Source: the human T2T-CHM13v2.0 reference genome, Homo sapiens | Assembly (NCBI RefSeq): GCF_009914755.1 | Contig: NC_060947.1 | DNA: 64,000 nt | Direction: 5' to 3' (one strand) | Shown: positions 1 through 15,200 of the stretch, piece after piece | How the letters are laid out: each line of letters starts with the position of its first letter | Numbering within the stretch: position 1 is the first letter of the stretch | The notes under the pieces: model-generated | Seen by the model: the letters and a program-made list of their open reading frames with translations, nothing else | Databases searched by the model: none | Told to the model about the DNA's origin: nothing | Made by a program: the position numbers and the translations under genes

Positions 1-439
1 AAGCAACTGCAGAAAGGTATGGTTTACAACAGGAATGCTTGCCATGGGATCCTTTATCTTTAGTAGAAAGAGCTGGCCGTGGCTGCTGCAAGCAAAGCGC
101 TTTAAAGCAGCTGGACAAAATGCTGCAGGAGGGATGCAGCTGGGATCTTCCTCTCTGGAGAGAAGATGGATCCCTTTGAGGGAGACTCAGCTGGCTAGGA
201 AGCCTCCAATGCACTAGCAAGCTCAGTTCTCTCTGGTAACCATACAGTATTTTCCAGAAACCATATTTTCCAATAACCTTGAATAATAGAAACTTCCTAA
301 GCTGTCTGGAAAATAAAATAATCTGCTCCTGGAAAGGAGTAGTAAATGCCTTTTAGATCTAGATAAAACATGTAGCTAAAATATTTTTTAAGTAACGATG
401 ATTTGTGCAGCAGATAATAATACAGTTTTCTGACTACAA

Positions 440-545
440 AGAATCTAGGCTCTGTCACTTCATAGCTGTATGAATGTTTGCAAGTGTCTTAACTAACTTG
501 AGCCTCAGTTTCCTCATCTGTAAAATGGCAATAAATAACGGCATC
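440..545 (+). mobile_element. MIR SINE fragment
   Basis: MIR core motif gagcctcagtttcctcatctgtaaaatgg at ~500-528. Confidence 0.65.
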
Positions 546-1039
546 TTTGCTTATTTTTAGAGAAATGCTAATTCATAAATAAATGGCCTTCCCCCCTAAG
601 TTTAGAGAAAATATCTTTAATATTCTTGTTGCTAGTGACTTACTCCTGTTATTTATTATAGAACTTATAAGATCTTGTCAATGAAATTGTTTAATCTGCT
701 GGGTGAGCCACTTTTGGTAGGTCCAGATTTAAGTTCGATAAATGTTTAGACATTGTGAACAACTGTGCCTGTTTCAGTCTTCACTTTCCCTTTAAGTTTT
801 GCACCTGACACTCTGCAATCCTGATATTTTTGTTGATCCAATTCTCCAATTACTTGTTGACCAGAATGTCACTGTTTATATGGCCCATCAAGTTCCAATT
901 CTAGGAGAACCTATTCTCTTCTTTGCCAAAGATTGCCTTTTGCCAGGTATAGAATATTTTTGGCCTGACTGGATAATCTTTGTACTTATTTATAAACCAT
1001 AATGCTGGCTATAATTATTTTCCTGTTTCACAAAGAGTA

Positions 1040-1450
1040 CTAGCTGCCTAACTAATATCCATTCTCTCTTTCTTAGTTAATAACTTAACCTGATATTATT
1101 CTGGTTGGCCCTGGAGAGGTAAGTGAGAGATGGGATGCAATTTCCAGGAACTCTTCTTAAGAAATAGATAGCATTTGGTATATATACTCTTTCACTTCCC
1201 ATTTCCTGCTTCCTGCTGATTATGGGGACATAATGGCTGGAGCCCCAGTAACCATATTGAACAATGAGGTAATCTTGCATATGGAAGTCACTGCAAAAGA
1301 TGATGGATTATAAACATAAAAACTCATACTTTGTGACCTTGGAGTTACAATTATCGTCTCTGAGTTGCCTACCTTGGAATGACTTTTATGTTAGAAAAAA
1401 TTGATTTTTAAAATCTTGTTTAAGCCCCTGTTCTTTAAGGTCTTGGTTGA
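1040..1450 (+). mobile_element. Old ERVL-type solo LTR (LTR16/LTR33-like)
   Basis: Motifs gctggagccccagtaaccatattgaacaatgaggt and terminal tcttgtttaagcccctgtt resemble the LTR16/LTR33 consensus; highly diverged. Confidence 0.5.
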
Positions 1451-1964
1451 TGTTTCTAGATGATACAGCACATTTTCCTGAGCATGTGTTCTGAGACCAC
1501 AGCCAACCTAGTAATATTCTAGTAGTGGCTATATTGGTTATACTGAGAAAAGATGCAGAAAAGATATTATAAATATTGCTGGGTCAGTGTTGACAGTGAA
1601 GTTTATGTTTTCAGGGCAAATGTCCTGTCCTTTCCCCCCAGAACATTTAATTCAAATGAAAAATGCTATGAATTTAGACCACAGATTTTATTGAGACAAT
1701 TTCTCTAGACAAGTGCGAATGGATCAGGACCAGAAATTGAAAGCCTTTGTGTTAGTATTCTATATTTCTGTGACTCCCAAATAATAGCACTACCAAACTT
1801 TAAAAAGCACAAACTCAGGGATTAAAATAAAACTATAATCTTGGACTGAAATTTTACTCAAATAGAATGTGGCACAATTCTCAAAATTGAGATTAACAAA
1901 TGCCTTCTTGTCTACATTTTTCCCCCTCTACCAGTGTTTTTTGATCTTCTAGGCCTAATCTTCT

Positions 1965-3030
<1,066 letters not shown>

Positions 3031-3039
3031 ATCAATCCC

Positions 3040-3232
3040 TCCAATGACCTTCTGGTCAACCATCTTTCCTTTCCTTGGGTCCTAAGGTTCTTAGCCAGTC
3101 TGGCTTTTTTCTCCTCACTTTTCAGAGTCTTCTTATGTTTGTCTTACATATAATCCCCAAGATATACTAGTTGTACTTAGCAGGAGGAATGGGAAATAGT
3201 ACATCTACTCCATGTTCCCAGAAGTGGAAGTT
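3040..3232 (-). mobile_element. Old L1M 5'-end fragment
   Basis: Ends in ctactccatgttcccagaagtggaagt, like the reverse-complement start of old L1M 5'UTRs. Confidence 0.4.
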
Positions 3233-4492
3233 TTCTCTTTATTTTCTCTTGAATCCCACACTGTTTTTCAATGCTATATGAAATTTCAAAATAAATTAAC
3301 TCATAAAGAAATAAATTAACTTTTGCCAGGTATAAAATATTAAAAAGTTAAGACATTTCTGTTTTGTTTTCAAATTAACACATCAAACTTTTTCCTTCAC
3401 TGATATTTATATATGCCACCCACCTCCTTGAGACTCATTGTCCTGCACATTTTCAAAATTTTTGAGTTTTAATTTCCAATCCCCCTGCTTTTATTTCCAG
3501 CCATATCACCATTCCCTAGTTGGGGTGCTCTTTTTGTACTAGTGCCCTATTGTGAACCAAAGCACTGAAATCGGTGTCAGATTTTTGGCCCAGTTTTTTA
3601 GAACAAAGATGTTCAATTTCAGATAAGTTCAGATAAGCATTAGATAAGCATCCACACACTTAATCAATGCTTAGTTGAACCAGCAGCCTTCATCAAAATT
3701 TTGAGGCCTGCCCATCAAAAGAGATTTGCTTTTATCAGTATTTGGCTTGATTCAAACTAACCTGCTAACCCTATTGCTTTAAAAAAAAAAACAAAATGCA
3801 CCAGTTCAGAAGCATCAGGCTTGGAATAAGTGTAAGGGTCTTTCATATATAGTTTGAGAATATTTTATCACACTATACCACTTGTCAAATGTAATTATAA
3901 AGGGCTATTAGATGAGGTTCAATTTCCACGTAGCTCTATGTAAAGGAGACAAGTTTTTCCCCCCTCTTCTCATGGAGAGGAATATATTTGTATTTTCTCT
4001 AAAATTTATTGATTTTTCCTATGGAATGTTTGAGATCATTGTATGAATCTTCAACTGCAGTAGAAACATAAAACGTTTTATAAGTGGTGTTTTCATCATG
4101 AAAGGTGTAATTACACACACACCCTTTACGCATATATTTTTTATTGGTTTTGTGGTTAGTTGATTTTAAAGAATAGCAAGAAAGGAATACGATATTGGAG
4201 ACAAATAAAAAAGAATAGAAAGTCAAAGAATTTCCAAATGATTATTTTATTAGATTTTGTTTGATCATTAAATTTATCCTCATTTTCAGACCAAAATAGT
4301 CACTTAAAGTTTGATGTATTTTTGTGTATTTATTTTTATTGTATATTTTTGGTAAACTCCATGACATCTTTTCTTTTAGGGAAGGTGGATGCCCAGCATG
4401 CCACATACAAGTCAAGAGAGAGCTTTCTCTTTGTGTTACCAATTTCGATAATTTAAATTTTGATTTCTTTAGGCTGTGGAGCTTTGTGTGTC

Positions 4493-4528
4493 TTTTTTTT
4501 TTTTTTTTTGGATGCCTGCATTTTTATT
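4493..4528 (-). terminator. Poly(A) signal and retrocopied poly(A) tail of the KPNB1 pseudogene
   Basis: tttatt at 4523-4528 (AATAAA on minus) lies 13 nt from the T17 run at 4493-4509, at the end of the KPNB1 3'UTR-like sequence. Confidence 0.7.
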
Positions 4529-5417
4529 CTGACAATTTGTGAGTGCTTTTTCTAAAATAATAATAATTCAAAACAAATAGCCAAACCCCTAAAAAGTGGC
4601 TTTCTTTTTCTTTTACATCTCCTGTTCTCCTTCAGCAGACAAAAATTCAGTTAGTTTTGTGAAATGCAACATCTAGCCTCCCCTGCTTTTTTAAGGCAAA
4701 AAGATAAACTTCAATGGCTTGAAGCTGACAGTGTGGATTCAGCTTCATTCATCTACACTCAAATTGTAAAGTATTCCTCATCCTCCTTTTAACCTGCATG
4801 CATGCAGTACTGTGTGGTAAAAGCACAAACCCAAACTCCATCGTCATCTTCAATTGCATAGGTCAGGCAGATTTTTAGGAGGAAACACAACTGTGAAACC
4901 TAGTCTCTCTTCTTGGGAAAAAAATCAGTCATTCCACTCAGCACTAGCTGAAATACTGAAAAGCAAATTGCAGCATTGCTTGGGAAGAGATAACTTTTTT
5001 TTCTCTCTTATTGCCCTTGCCTCTTTCTCTTGTTCCCTCCACCTCCTCCTATTCTTCTTCCTCAACTAAGTAAATCATTTATTTTTCTCTTTTTTAAGAT
5101 GGCTAATATAATGGTTTCTCTGAAGTCAGTGTTTATGTAGCTAACCAACGGTGCTGTCACTAACAGCTGCTGCTACTGTAGCAAGATTTTCAATGTGGTG
5201 TGTTTTCAGTATCTGTGCACACTGTTCCTTTCCAGGTTTGTTGAAAGATTGGAAATTCCCAGTGGTAATCTCAGGTATCATCCCGGTGGCCACAGATCAG
5301 CCTTGGTTCTTCAGCTTCTTCAGTTATACTGCTGCCCATGAAGCAAGGGTTTTGTTTTGTTTTAAATTTCTGTCCCTTAGTCAATACTTCAGTAATCATC
5401 AGCCTAGTTGTTACTAA

Positions 5418-5743
<326 letters not shown>

Positions 5744-8700
5744 TAAATGCTGTACATAAGCTCCCTATCAGTTCAGCACACGACTACCTATGCTTTCTGT
5801 ACGATTCTCAATCTAGCAGTGTGGTAGAAGAAAGACATACTGTATTCTACTATTGGTTGCATCAGGAGTATATCTGGGTATGCATTCTTCTAGCCTCCCT
5901 TTGGTCCTTGGACAATTATAGTCTACGCTTCCCAGCAATCTTCTCTTTGTTCATTCAGATAATCCACCATGTCATTCATAGTCTGACTTGTTCATCTGGG
6001 ATTTGGAGGTTTGCTGAATGCCATTTGTATGAATACCATTTAGGTATTTGGTAAACTCTCCACCAATAATAAGGGCAATATCACCAAACACAGAATCTGT
6101 GTCTTCACAAACCTGTGGATATTCTCATTCCCTATGTTCTCCATCAACAAAAGGTAAGATACTGAATTTCAAAATGTGACATAAGTCTTCCACTAAACCT
6201 ATGGTCTCCAATAAAACCTGACACTCAGTATAATTTTTCAATACAATATCCTTGCTCAGAAAGAGTTTAGAGGCTTCTATGTACTTTAGAAATTCATCAA
6301 TCAACATTTCCCCCAGTGTGTTAACTGCCATTAGGTCATCCTCTTGCATTCCTCCAGACCTACTTGTGATTTGGAAAATCCTTGACAGGGAGACTATGGT
6401 CTCATCTTGATGCTGCACTTTTCAGGGAACACTTCAAAGAGTTAGGCAGAGTAAAGACCAAAGGTCATTGAAATAGATCTTATCAAAAGTGCTCTTATAT
6501 GGGATTTCATCTGATACACCTTCTGCAGTCAGACCAGAGCTGTCAGAGTCAATTTTTGAACTGAAGGGTAATAGTACTTAGTAATATTTTTCACAATTTC
6601 CATCAAAGCATCATATGCAGCACTTCTCAGGTTGTTCTGCTGGTCAGCAGAAGCTGTCTGGGGTCTCCATGAGCTTCTGAAATATGAGGATAACCAGGAA
6701 GTAGCAGTGTCTTCCTGGCCATTACTTACAAAGTTTCATAAGCAGCTTCAGCGAGACTGGGAAAAGCCCAGCATGCATTTGAAGACATTCTGGGTTCATC
6801 ATTCAGGCCTTCCATCAGACTTTGTGGCAGGGGAGCCAAGTAGACACCCTTGATGGCAGCTTCATGAAGCAGCTTTCAAAATCCGCCCTCAGTGTGTATA
6901 CTTGTATATAAAAAAACTTACACAAGGGTCTTTGATTAATTCCATTAAGATAAACATTGCATGTATGACTAGGAGTTGTAGCTTTTTGGGTTTCTGTTCT
7001 TCCAAGATACAGGCAAAAGCCGTCACAGTAGTATCCTGGTATGACTAATCGGGATGCTTGAATGTTCTTTAACAGAGAGAAGTACATGTGGGAGAATGTC
7101 ATCTTCACATCACGTGGTCAGGAACATCATCATTTTCATCACTTTTTGCTAGTGTCTGTATAAGAATTGGAACCACAATTGTAGAGCTCCCTTGGCACAG
7201 AACTCGCTGTGTGCTGTGGGGGCCTTCTTTGTTCTGCTGCCTCTTAAGCTTTAATGACGAAATCTATTTTTTCATCACAGACACTGGACCAGAATTTTAT
7301 TCCTTATAGAACCACTTCATCAAAGTCACTATTCATTACTTCATTTGTGACCACAAAAAGAGCAGGACTCATGTATGTGTCCATGTACTGATAATATAGG
7401 GACATTTTCTTGACCAGATTCTGTAATGTACCCACTTATACCTAATTATCTTGATAATAGGTTGCTCCGTAGACAACCTGCAAAATAAATTGCCTTTCAG
7501 ACTCTTCGTCAAAGTTTGCTCTGGTGAACTCCAGTAGTTCAGGAGTGCCTTAGTAGCCACTAACTTCACATTACTATTAGGACCTCCAATCTCTTTAGAT
7601 TTATCCCTTAGCTGCTCCCTGTAAATTTCTTGGCAGATGTAATAAATTGCATCCAATGTTGACTTTTCCATGTACTCTAGGCTGCTGGGGTTTGTGACAT
7701 TGGCTACCAGCTAAAGAATGAGTTCTGACGACTAGTTTACTGGGATCTCTGCACAAACAGTATCAGCCATCATAGTGAGGAAGAACTAAGCCCAAAGTCC
7801 TCAAAACAGTTCTCAGCTTGTTTGTCAAACAGTAGCATTAACGGCAACCCTTTCTACTGATGTTGTGCCTTGAAGTTAAGATTCTTAGATGTCAAAGAAT
7901 TCTTGATTTGTAGACCAGCTACAACCCTGCAAGTCTGGCTGTTTTCTGAATTTTCTGGCACTCTGGAGAGTTCCAGAAGGACTCTTGGTAAGTTCAACCA
8001 TCGCACACTCAAGGAACTTCTAGGCGGCTTCTAGTTCAAGCAGAGGTTGGGATGTGGTTTTCACCTTGGTTCAGCTCCAAGGTGATTTTGATAGCAGCAG
8101 CTTTTCCCCAGGAAACACTTGGCCTCTCAGGCGGCAGCTCTTATTAGGGATAAGGGTTGGGAGCTGAATGGCAATGGAGAATGTGAAGAGGATCAAAGTC
8201 ATCACAGGTTCATTCATGTGCTCCTTCTTGGTAGTGCTCTACCACCCTTTTTTCCCCACTCTCTCCCTCTTTCCTTCCTGCTTTGCTGTTGACAGTGGCA
8301 GCTGCCCCTCTGTTGAAGATGAAGCAGGAAAATTAGGGGCAGCTCAGAGCATGGCTGTAGCTTGGTTGGTGAGGAGAGAAAGAAGACAAGGAGGCAGTGA
8401 GTGAATAGCAGTCAGAAAGGAGGGAGAGATTTGCTAATCTTTTGATTACAGAAACTAAAAGCTAAATCATGAATACCAGGGGTCATTAAAATGACATACA
8501 AATCGCGATAGAGTGTGCATGAATACCAACGCTCAGTTCATTGTCTTGGCCAAGTGCCCAAGTAGGTGATGATATCTTACAACCCCAAGGATTTCCTTAA
8601 AAAAAGTTACATTATAAAATAACAGCCTGCTGTTCACCCAAAGTTTCTTTATGCCAACCTATGTGAGAGAATCAAACTTTCATTATTAAGTGCTTTGAGA

Positions 8701-9499
8701 TTCAGACAAGTGACAGGCACTTTAAAATCTGTTTATTTGGTACTAAAGACCGTAGATTAGACTTTTCAGCCAGAATTGCACAAGTGTGCAACACAACCAT
8801 TAGCAGTGTCATCTGCAATATATGGAAGTAAAATGATTGACTGGTTTTAAGCTAAGTCTTAGACTCATCTAGCATAGACCAAAAAGACAGGGGTAGTAAC
8901 TATATGCATTAAAACGTCATGTAAGTACACATTCAAATGAAGGTCAAAGTCACAAGGGCAGAAGAACTTTAGGAGAAAAAAATAAAATCATTTTAGTTTG
9001 CTTTCAAATTGTCAAAATTTAGTGGCTCGCCATTCCTGTATATCAGAATGGTATAACTAGCCAGGAACAGAAATAATCCAGCAGATAGGGATGGATGCAA
9101 CATAGCTCAAGAGCTTCATCCTGGAAGCGGTAGATGATGCTGGTATAGCCAAGAGGTAAAAGTCAGAAAGCAGGTTCTAAAGGTACTTTCTTAAGGAAAC
9201 CTTTGACAGATTGGGAAAAAATAGACAGGAAATGGGTTCAGGACAATAGAGCTAGGAACATGTTTTACACTAGACAAAGGCAAACAGATACACACCTAAG
9301 TTTATATTTTGTGGACAGAAATGACTTATAAGGTTTGTGCTGGGAAGCAGAGAGGAGCAGAGACTTTACAACAAAGCTGTCCAATTTGTGTTTGTAGCTA
9401 ATGGTAGCAGAGAATTTAGGGTTACTTACGATCTTAGACATGCAAATTGTGTTTCCTAGCCTTAGCAGGAAAGTCTGTGGAGCTGGTGAGTACTTTTCA

Positions 9500-9819
<320 letters not shown>

Positions 9820-9949
9820 TCAGTGGATCTGATCTATGCTGTCTGCTCCCTAATTTTAGAGAATGTTCAAATATCTACCCCTGGAAAGTCACAAACTAAA
9901 TATGAAATGTGCAGTATTAATCTGGAAGTATTAATAACTGCATTACCTT

Positions 9950-10380
9950 TCTAATACTTATTTTCTGAAACCTACTTTAAAATTCTGAAATAAAATTTAT
10001 AGATACTATAACCTACTGTCACACACTATTCAAGGGGAAAAAGGAACAATATAATGTTCTATCAATAATATAAAAGGTAAATGAAAAGAAAGTAACATAT
10101 AGCTAAATATACAAATGGTCAGTCAAAACTACTTCAGAAGATGTAATAAAATAGATGCTTATAACTACAGGTAAAAATCATTATGACATGACAGCTACCA
10201 AGGTTTACTTTGTAGGTGCCAAATACCTAAATACCCAAATACCATAAGTGTAATTGCTGTTTATGACATGATTTCCTCTAAATGATTAAAAAGGGAAAAA
10301 AAGCTTATTAAGTTTCAAACCAAACAAAGAATAATATTTCCTCAAATTATAGTGTAAAAAAATTTTCAACTGCATGAATG
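9950..10380. mobile_element. hAT DNA transposon fragment (Charlie7-like)
   Basis: attctgaaataaaatttatagatactataacctac...atgacagctac...gacatgatttcctctaaatg resembles the recalled Charlie7 consensus. Confidence 0.5.
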
Positions 10381-10402
10381 TGTGTTTGGACATTTGAAAG
10401 TG

Positions 10403-11530
10403 ATTTAACAAATATTTATTGAGCACTCATTAAGTGCCAAGCACTGTCTTAGATACTTGGAATAGAACAGTGAACAAGACAGGCAAGTATCCCTGCCCTC
10501 AGGGAGCTTACAGACTAGTTGGGAGTGGAGTGGGAAGAAGACAGACAATAAACACAGAAAACCAAAACCAATTGAATAGCATATTGAAAGGTATTAAGTG
10601 TCTTGGGAGAAAATAGAGCAGGGTAACTATTGGAATTGCCAAGGAGTGGTAGGTGGTTCGAATTTGAAATGAGAGTGGTTTTGACAGGCCTCATTGAGAA
10701 GGTGATATCTGCAGAAAATCTTGAAAGAGCTGAAGAAGTTAACCATGAATTCTAGGCAGAGAGAACAGCCAGTGCGAAGGCTGTAATGAGGGCTCATGCC
10801 TGGCGAAGGTGGAGCAAGGGAGCCAGTCTAGCCAAAATCAAGTGTATGAAGTGGGCAGTAGCAGGGCATGAGGTCAGAGAGGTAGTGGGAGGCAGGATGA
10901 TCTTGTAGGACTTTGTAGACCACTTTAGGCACTTAAAATTTCATTCTGAATGGGAAGCCATTGCAGAGTTTTAAGCAGAGGAGTGACATGATATCTTATT
11001 TATGATTTAAATAGATGCTATGTTGGGAATAGTTGGGGGTGGGGTTGGGGCTGGACAAGGATGGAATCAGGGAGTCTAGTTGGGAGGATATTGTAGTCCA
11101 GGTAAGAAATGACTGTGGCTAGATCAGGGTTTTATCACTGGAGATGGTGAGAAATAGCTGAGTTTTGTATAAGTTTTAAAGAGCCAACAGAATTTCCTGA
11201 TGAATTGGATGGAGTATGAGAGAAAGAGCGTGATGGAAAATGATTTCCAAATTTTTAGCCTGAAAAAGATTCCGGATGGTGAAAGTTCCTATTTACTGAG
11301 ATGGGAAAACTTGCAGCTTTTGTGGGGTGAAAGAAGAGGAATATCAAATTCAGTTTTGAAGATGTCAAGTTTGAAATGTTTATTAGACATCTAAGTGGAG
11401 ATGTTGGGTAGGCAGTTGGAAATACAAGTATGATATTCAGAAGAAAGTTCTGAACTAAAGTTAAAAACTTGGTAGGCTTAGCTATATCTCTGGTATTTAA
11501 AGCTATTTATTGGGTAAGCTCACCATTAAT
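10403..11530 (-). mobile_element. L2 LINE 3' portion
   Basis: Starts with aacaaatatttattgagcac (reverse-complement L2 tail); includes ccctgccctcagggagcttacagactagt and tttgaaatgtttattagacatctaagtggagatgt. Confidence 0.85.
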
Positions 11531-12099
11531 GGGGGTAAAAATGGGACCTGCACATTTGGCACTGTAGCCAGTTTCCCCAGAAGGCATTTTCAACTCCATC
11601 AACAGGGGTCAAGGGAAATCCACACAAATCTTCAAATGTAATTATTCTCCTCCTTCAAAAGGAATTAATAGGCCTTGTGCACTGGGAATCAGATCTCACC
11701 TTTTCTTGACTTCTACCCCACCATTAGAGTAAAACAAGGAGCCTGAGTACTGGGAATGATGTTCAGCTCCTCCAGGTGTTCTTAACACCATCAAAAAGTC
11801 AAGAGTGAGACCCCATACTGGGGCAAAGACCCTGCTTCCTCTAGACGTTTTACCCTCCATAATCAGGAATCAAGGTGGGATTTGAGCACTGCAAATAACA
11901 CCTGGCTTTCCCTGTAATTATCGACTCCATAGACATTGTCATTCACTAGTCCTTGTCATTTCTAATGACTTCAATTTTTCCATAATCTCAATTTCATTAT
12001 AATCACTCATCTGCATACTCCCACACCTCCCATGTCATGAAACAGTTATTTTGAATTTCTAGATGGGGAAATTTGCCACTTACTGAGAAGTGGTGTATC

Positions 12100-12270
12100 A
12101 AGTTCAATGCAGGAGTGTCTTGTATGTTTTCAGGAAATCTATAATCTCTGGTCTCTGTTCACTAAATGTCAGTAGGGTCCTCCAATCATTATGACAACAA
12201 AAATTCCCCCATATACTATTAAATGTCCCATGGGGAAGCCACACCTTCCTTGTTGAGAATTGCGGCTCTA
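12100..12270. mobile_element. MER20-like hAT MITE
   Basis: cactaaatgtcagtag...tgacaacaaaaat...aaatgtcccatgggg...gttgagaattgc resembles the MER20 right half. Confidence 0.55.
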
Positions 12271-15200
12271 TTTTACACAAAATATCATCGATTCTAAAAT
12301 GTTGAGTGAAACAGCATGTACTCACTCAGAGTATCATTAAAATTTTCAGAATTTTCCCTTCTGGCTAGCAAGATCTATAAAGATAGACCCGTTTTTATAT
12401 TTCAATTTTGACAGTTCTCTCAAATAACCTATAAAATCACCACCAATTATTTTCAGATTTAGTTATTCTGTCTTTAAAATGGGAATAGCATTTTCCAGAG
12501 CACCACTTACGTACTGATGCTGGAAAGATGAGGACAGTATATAATATGCCTGAACTTTTCAGAATATAAGACGTTACCTAACTCCTATTAATAATTATTT
12601 TTAAGACAAAGCTGAAAAATATACTGGATATAGAAAATAAAGAAGATGTGCAGATGACGACATTATTAAGCTTATAAAAATCTGTTTTCCTATATAAAGA
12701 ACAGTTCTACTGCAGGAATAAATACCTTCCAGTGTCATTGAGAAGTAAAATATGGCCATAATACATATTGGCAATTTAAGAGACTATAGAGGATTAAAGG
12801 GGATTTGCCACAAGTTGCTGAGTGATTTTGACCAGATTTAGGTAAGCATTTTGCAAAATGCATAGCTCTTCAACTAATTCTAAGTGCTTAAAGAAACAGA
12901 ATTTACATCCTCTTGAATCCAAAGTGTCATCATCATCACCATCTTAATATTTATTGAGTGCCCACTGGGCGCCTAATACTATGCTAATTTTTCAAGTCAG
13001 TATTTTCGTAGTCTTTGTGGATTGTAATCTCATGGCTGAGACATCCACTTAGAAATTTAAAAGAATAATTTCTCTGTGGTATCATGAAAGGTAGCAGAAT
13101 TTTGGCTTTATAGTAAGAAGTTTTAAATAGGTATAATGAAAGGACCCCTGGGCACAGATCTCCTGCCATCCAACTAAGAAACCTCCCTATGGGATGTCTG
13201 GTTGAATGAACTCCTGGTCCTTAGAATCAGACAAAGATCTCTATGATCATTAAATTAGATTGACAGACACTGCCTTGAGACAATGGCAGGGGTTCTTACT
13301 GAGCACCTGCAGATCACGATGTAGTTAGAAGTGAATACCCTTATACATGGATATCATTTCCAAAACTTGACACTGTATTTGCATAACGTATATGTGTAGT
13401 AAATTTAAAAAACTGAAAACTATAATTCAGTTGTAAAATATCCACCCCACAATCCAGCTCCAAAACATTATCTGTGCTATCTCTAGGACTGGGTACTGCA
13501 GAATAAGGTTATTTCTGAACAGCTTCAGAGTCAGACGGTTATATAAGCTGCACCCCAACATTCTGGCTTCAATTTCAGTGCATTTTGAAAGGCCAAATGC
13601 AAAGTCTGACTGCTGGCAAGTCTTAATACTTCTGCCAGTAAATGATGCTGAATCTTTCAAACAGCAAAGTGTTATTTTGATCTCTTTTCACTGCCTCTCA
13701 GTTCTTCCCTGGCCTCTGGCAGTAAAAGATAATCACTTCTGGGAGCAATTAATTTCACCTAGAGCTTTTCTTTAAATTCACTGTATTTGTTATGACAAGA
13801 TGTGCAACTCAAAATAATAAAATGAACGAAAGCCTTGATTTACATGTTAGGTGAGCTGGAGTTAGATTGAATAGATATTAAGAGTACCATTATTTCTGAT
13901 CTGAGGGAGACACCCTTTTGCACAGTGGCCAGTTGTTAATCTTCTGGGTGTCTCTGGGTTCTGGGTAGCACAGCTACCTGAGCTATGTCTTTTGAATACA
14001 GAGTTACTTCCTTTCCAAAACATGTCATGCCATTCTTGAAGGGTCTTCAGCCGTTCCTTTCCTTTATGAAGGAGTTGGATTGCAATGGCTTTTTGCCTTC
14101 TTCGCCATGACCTGAAAAAGCATGCACACCTGGTGGAAACTTCTTCAGTAACAGCCAAACATGTTGGCTTCAATTTCTGTCTTCTGCGATGCAAATGATT
14201 CATTTCCTGTGTTGCTAATGTGTGTCTTTAGATGAAAACCTTTCTCCCTTTCAAATGTAAAATCTCTCTGAAGAGTTTATTTAAGTTACCTTATCCTGGA
14301 GCCCCACACTTGCCCGTAGTTACATTATTCATGATGCAGAGAGCTGCCCAGACAATGAGCTGTTGGGTGAGTACTCGGAGTGCTTTGGAGATGATCCACA
14401 CTCCTGAAGTATTGTTTGAGTAAAAGCAGTGTCTGAGTTCTCTTACTGATTAGTAGACACACTTATAAAACTGTGATCATTCTGTATCTGAAATTTTCAA
14501 AAAAGGGCTAAACCTTCTAACTCATTTTCAGTGAGGAAGGAATTCGCTTCTAAAACAGGACACTATTAGAATGTGGGATGCAGAATAAAAGTGGGTTAAG
14601 GATGAGGGAGCTAGTAAGATTGAAAATGGTATGACATTCTTGAATGAAATATGTGATAAAGCCAGATATTCTAGTTAAGCCGACAGAGTGTCAGATAAAT
14701 GAAGCAAAATGAAACCTGGCAACATTACGAATATCTTTTCAACATTTCAGTGTGAGAAGAGACGTGTCTAAGTACAAGTATAGCATTCTTTCATAGTTTT
14801 GCATGTGGCAGATATGCTGGTGTTATCCTTAAAAAATCATTAATAGTTTTCCAACAATTGGGAAGAAGGCCTTTTTTTAAAATTAGACATCTTAACACTT
14901 AGTGATTTCCTGCACTAATGGTTACACAGGTTTTTCTACTTTATATGGTCCCTAAAATATTCAACATAAAAAATGATACGTCTAGCCAAGCGAGAGAAAT
15001 AAAGCCTCATCCAGCCAGCTAGCCAGCCAGCAAGCTATTTCACAAGTATGCATTTCATCTACCTGCTGTGTGTTAAACACTATAAAAAATACAAAGGTGA
15101 ATCAATCATTGATTCCACACTCAAGAAACTTAAATAGAGGCAATAGAATGTGTAGATTAATCAAAAGCAATGAGACCACTAGTTAAATTTTATACTAATT

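Noticed and set aside
6125-7671. 97-aa and 100-aa ORFs with importin-beta similarity
   Set aside because: Residual frames of the disabled KPNB1 retrocopy, separated by stops and frameshifts; not called as CDS.
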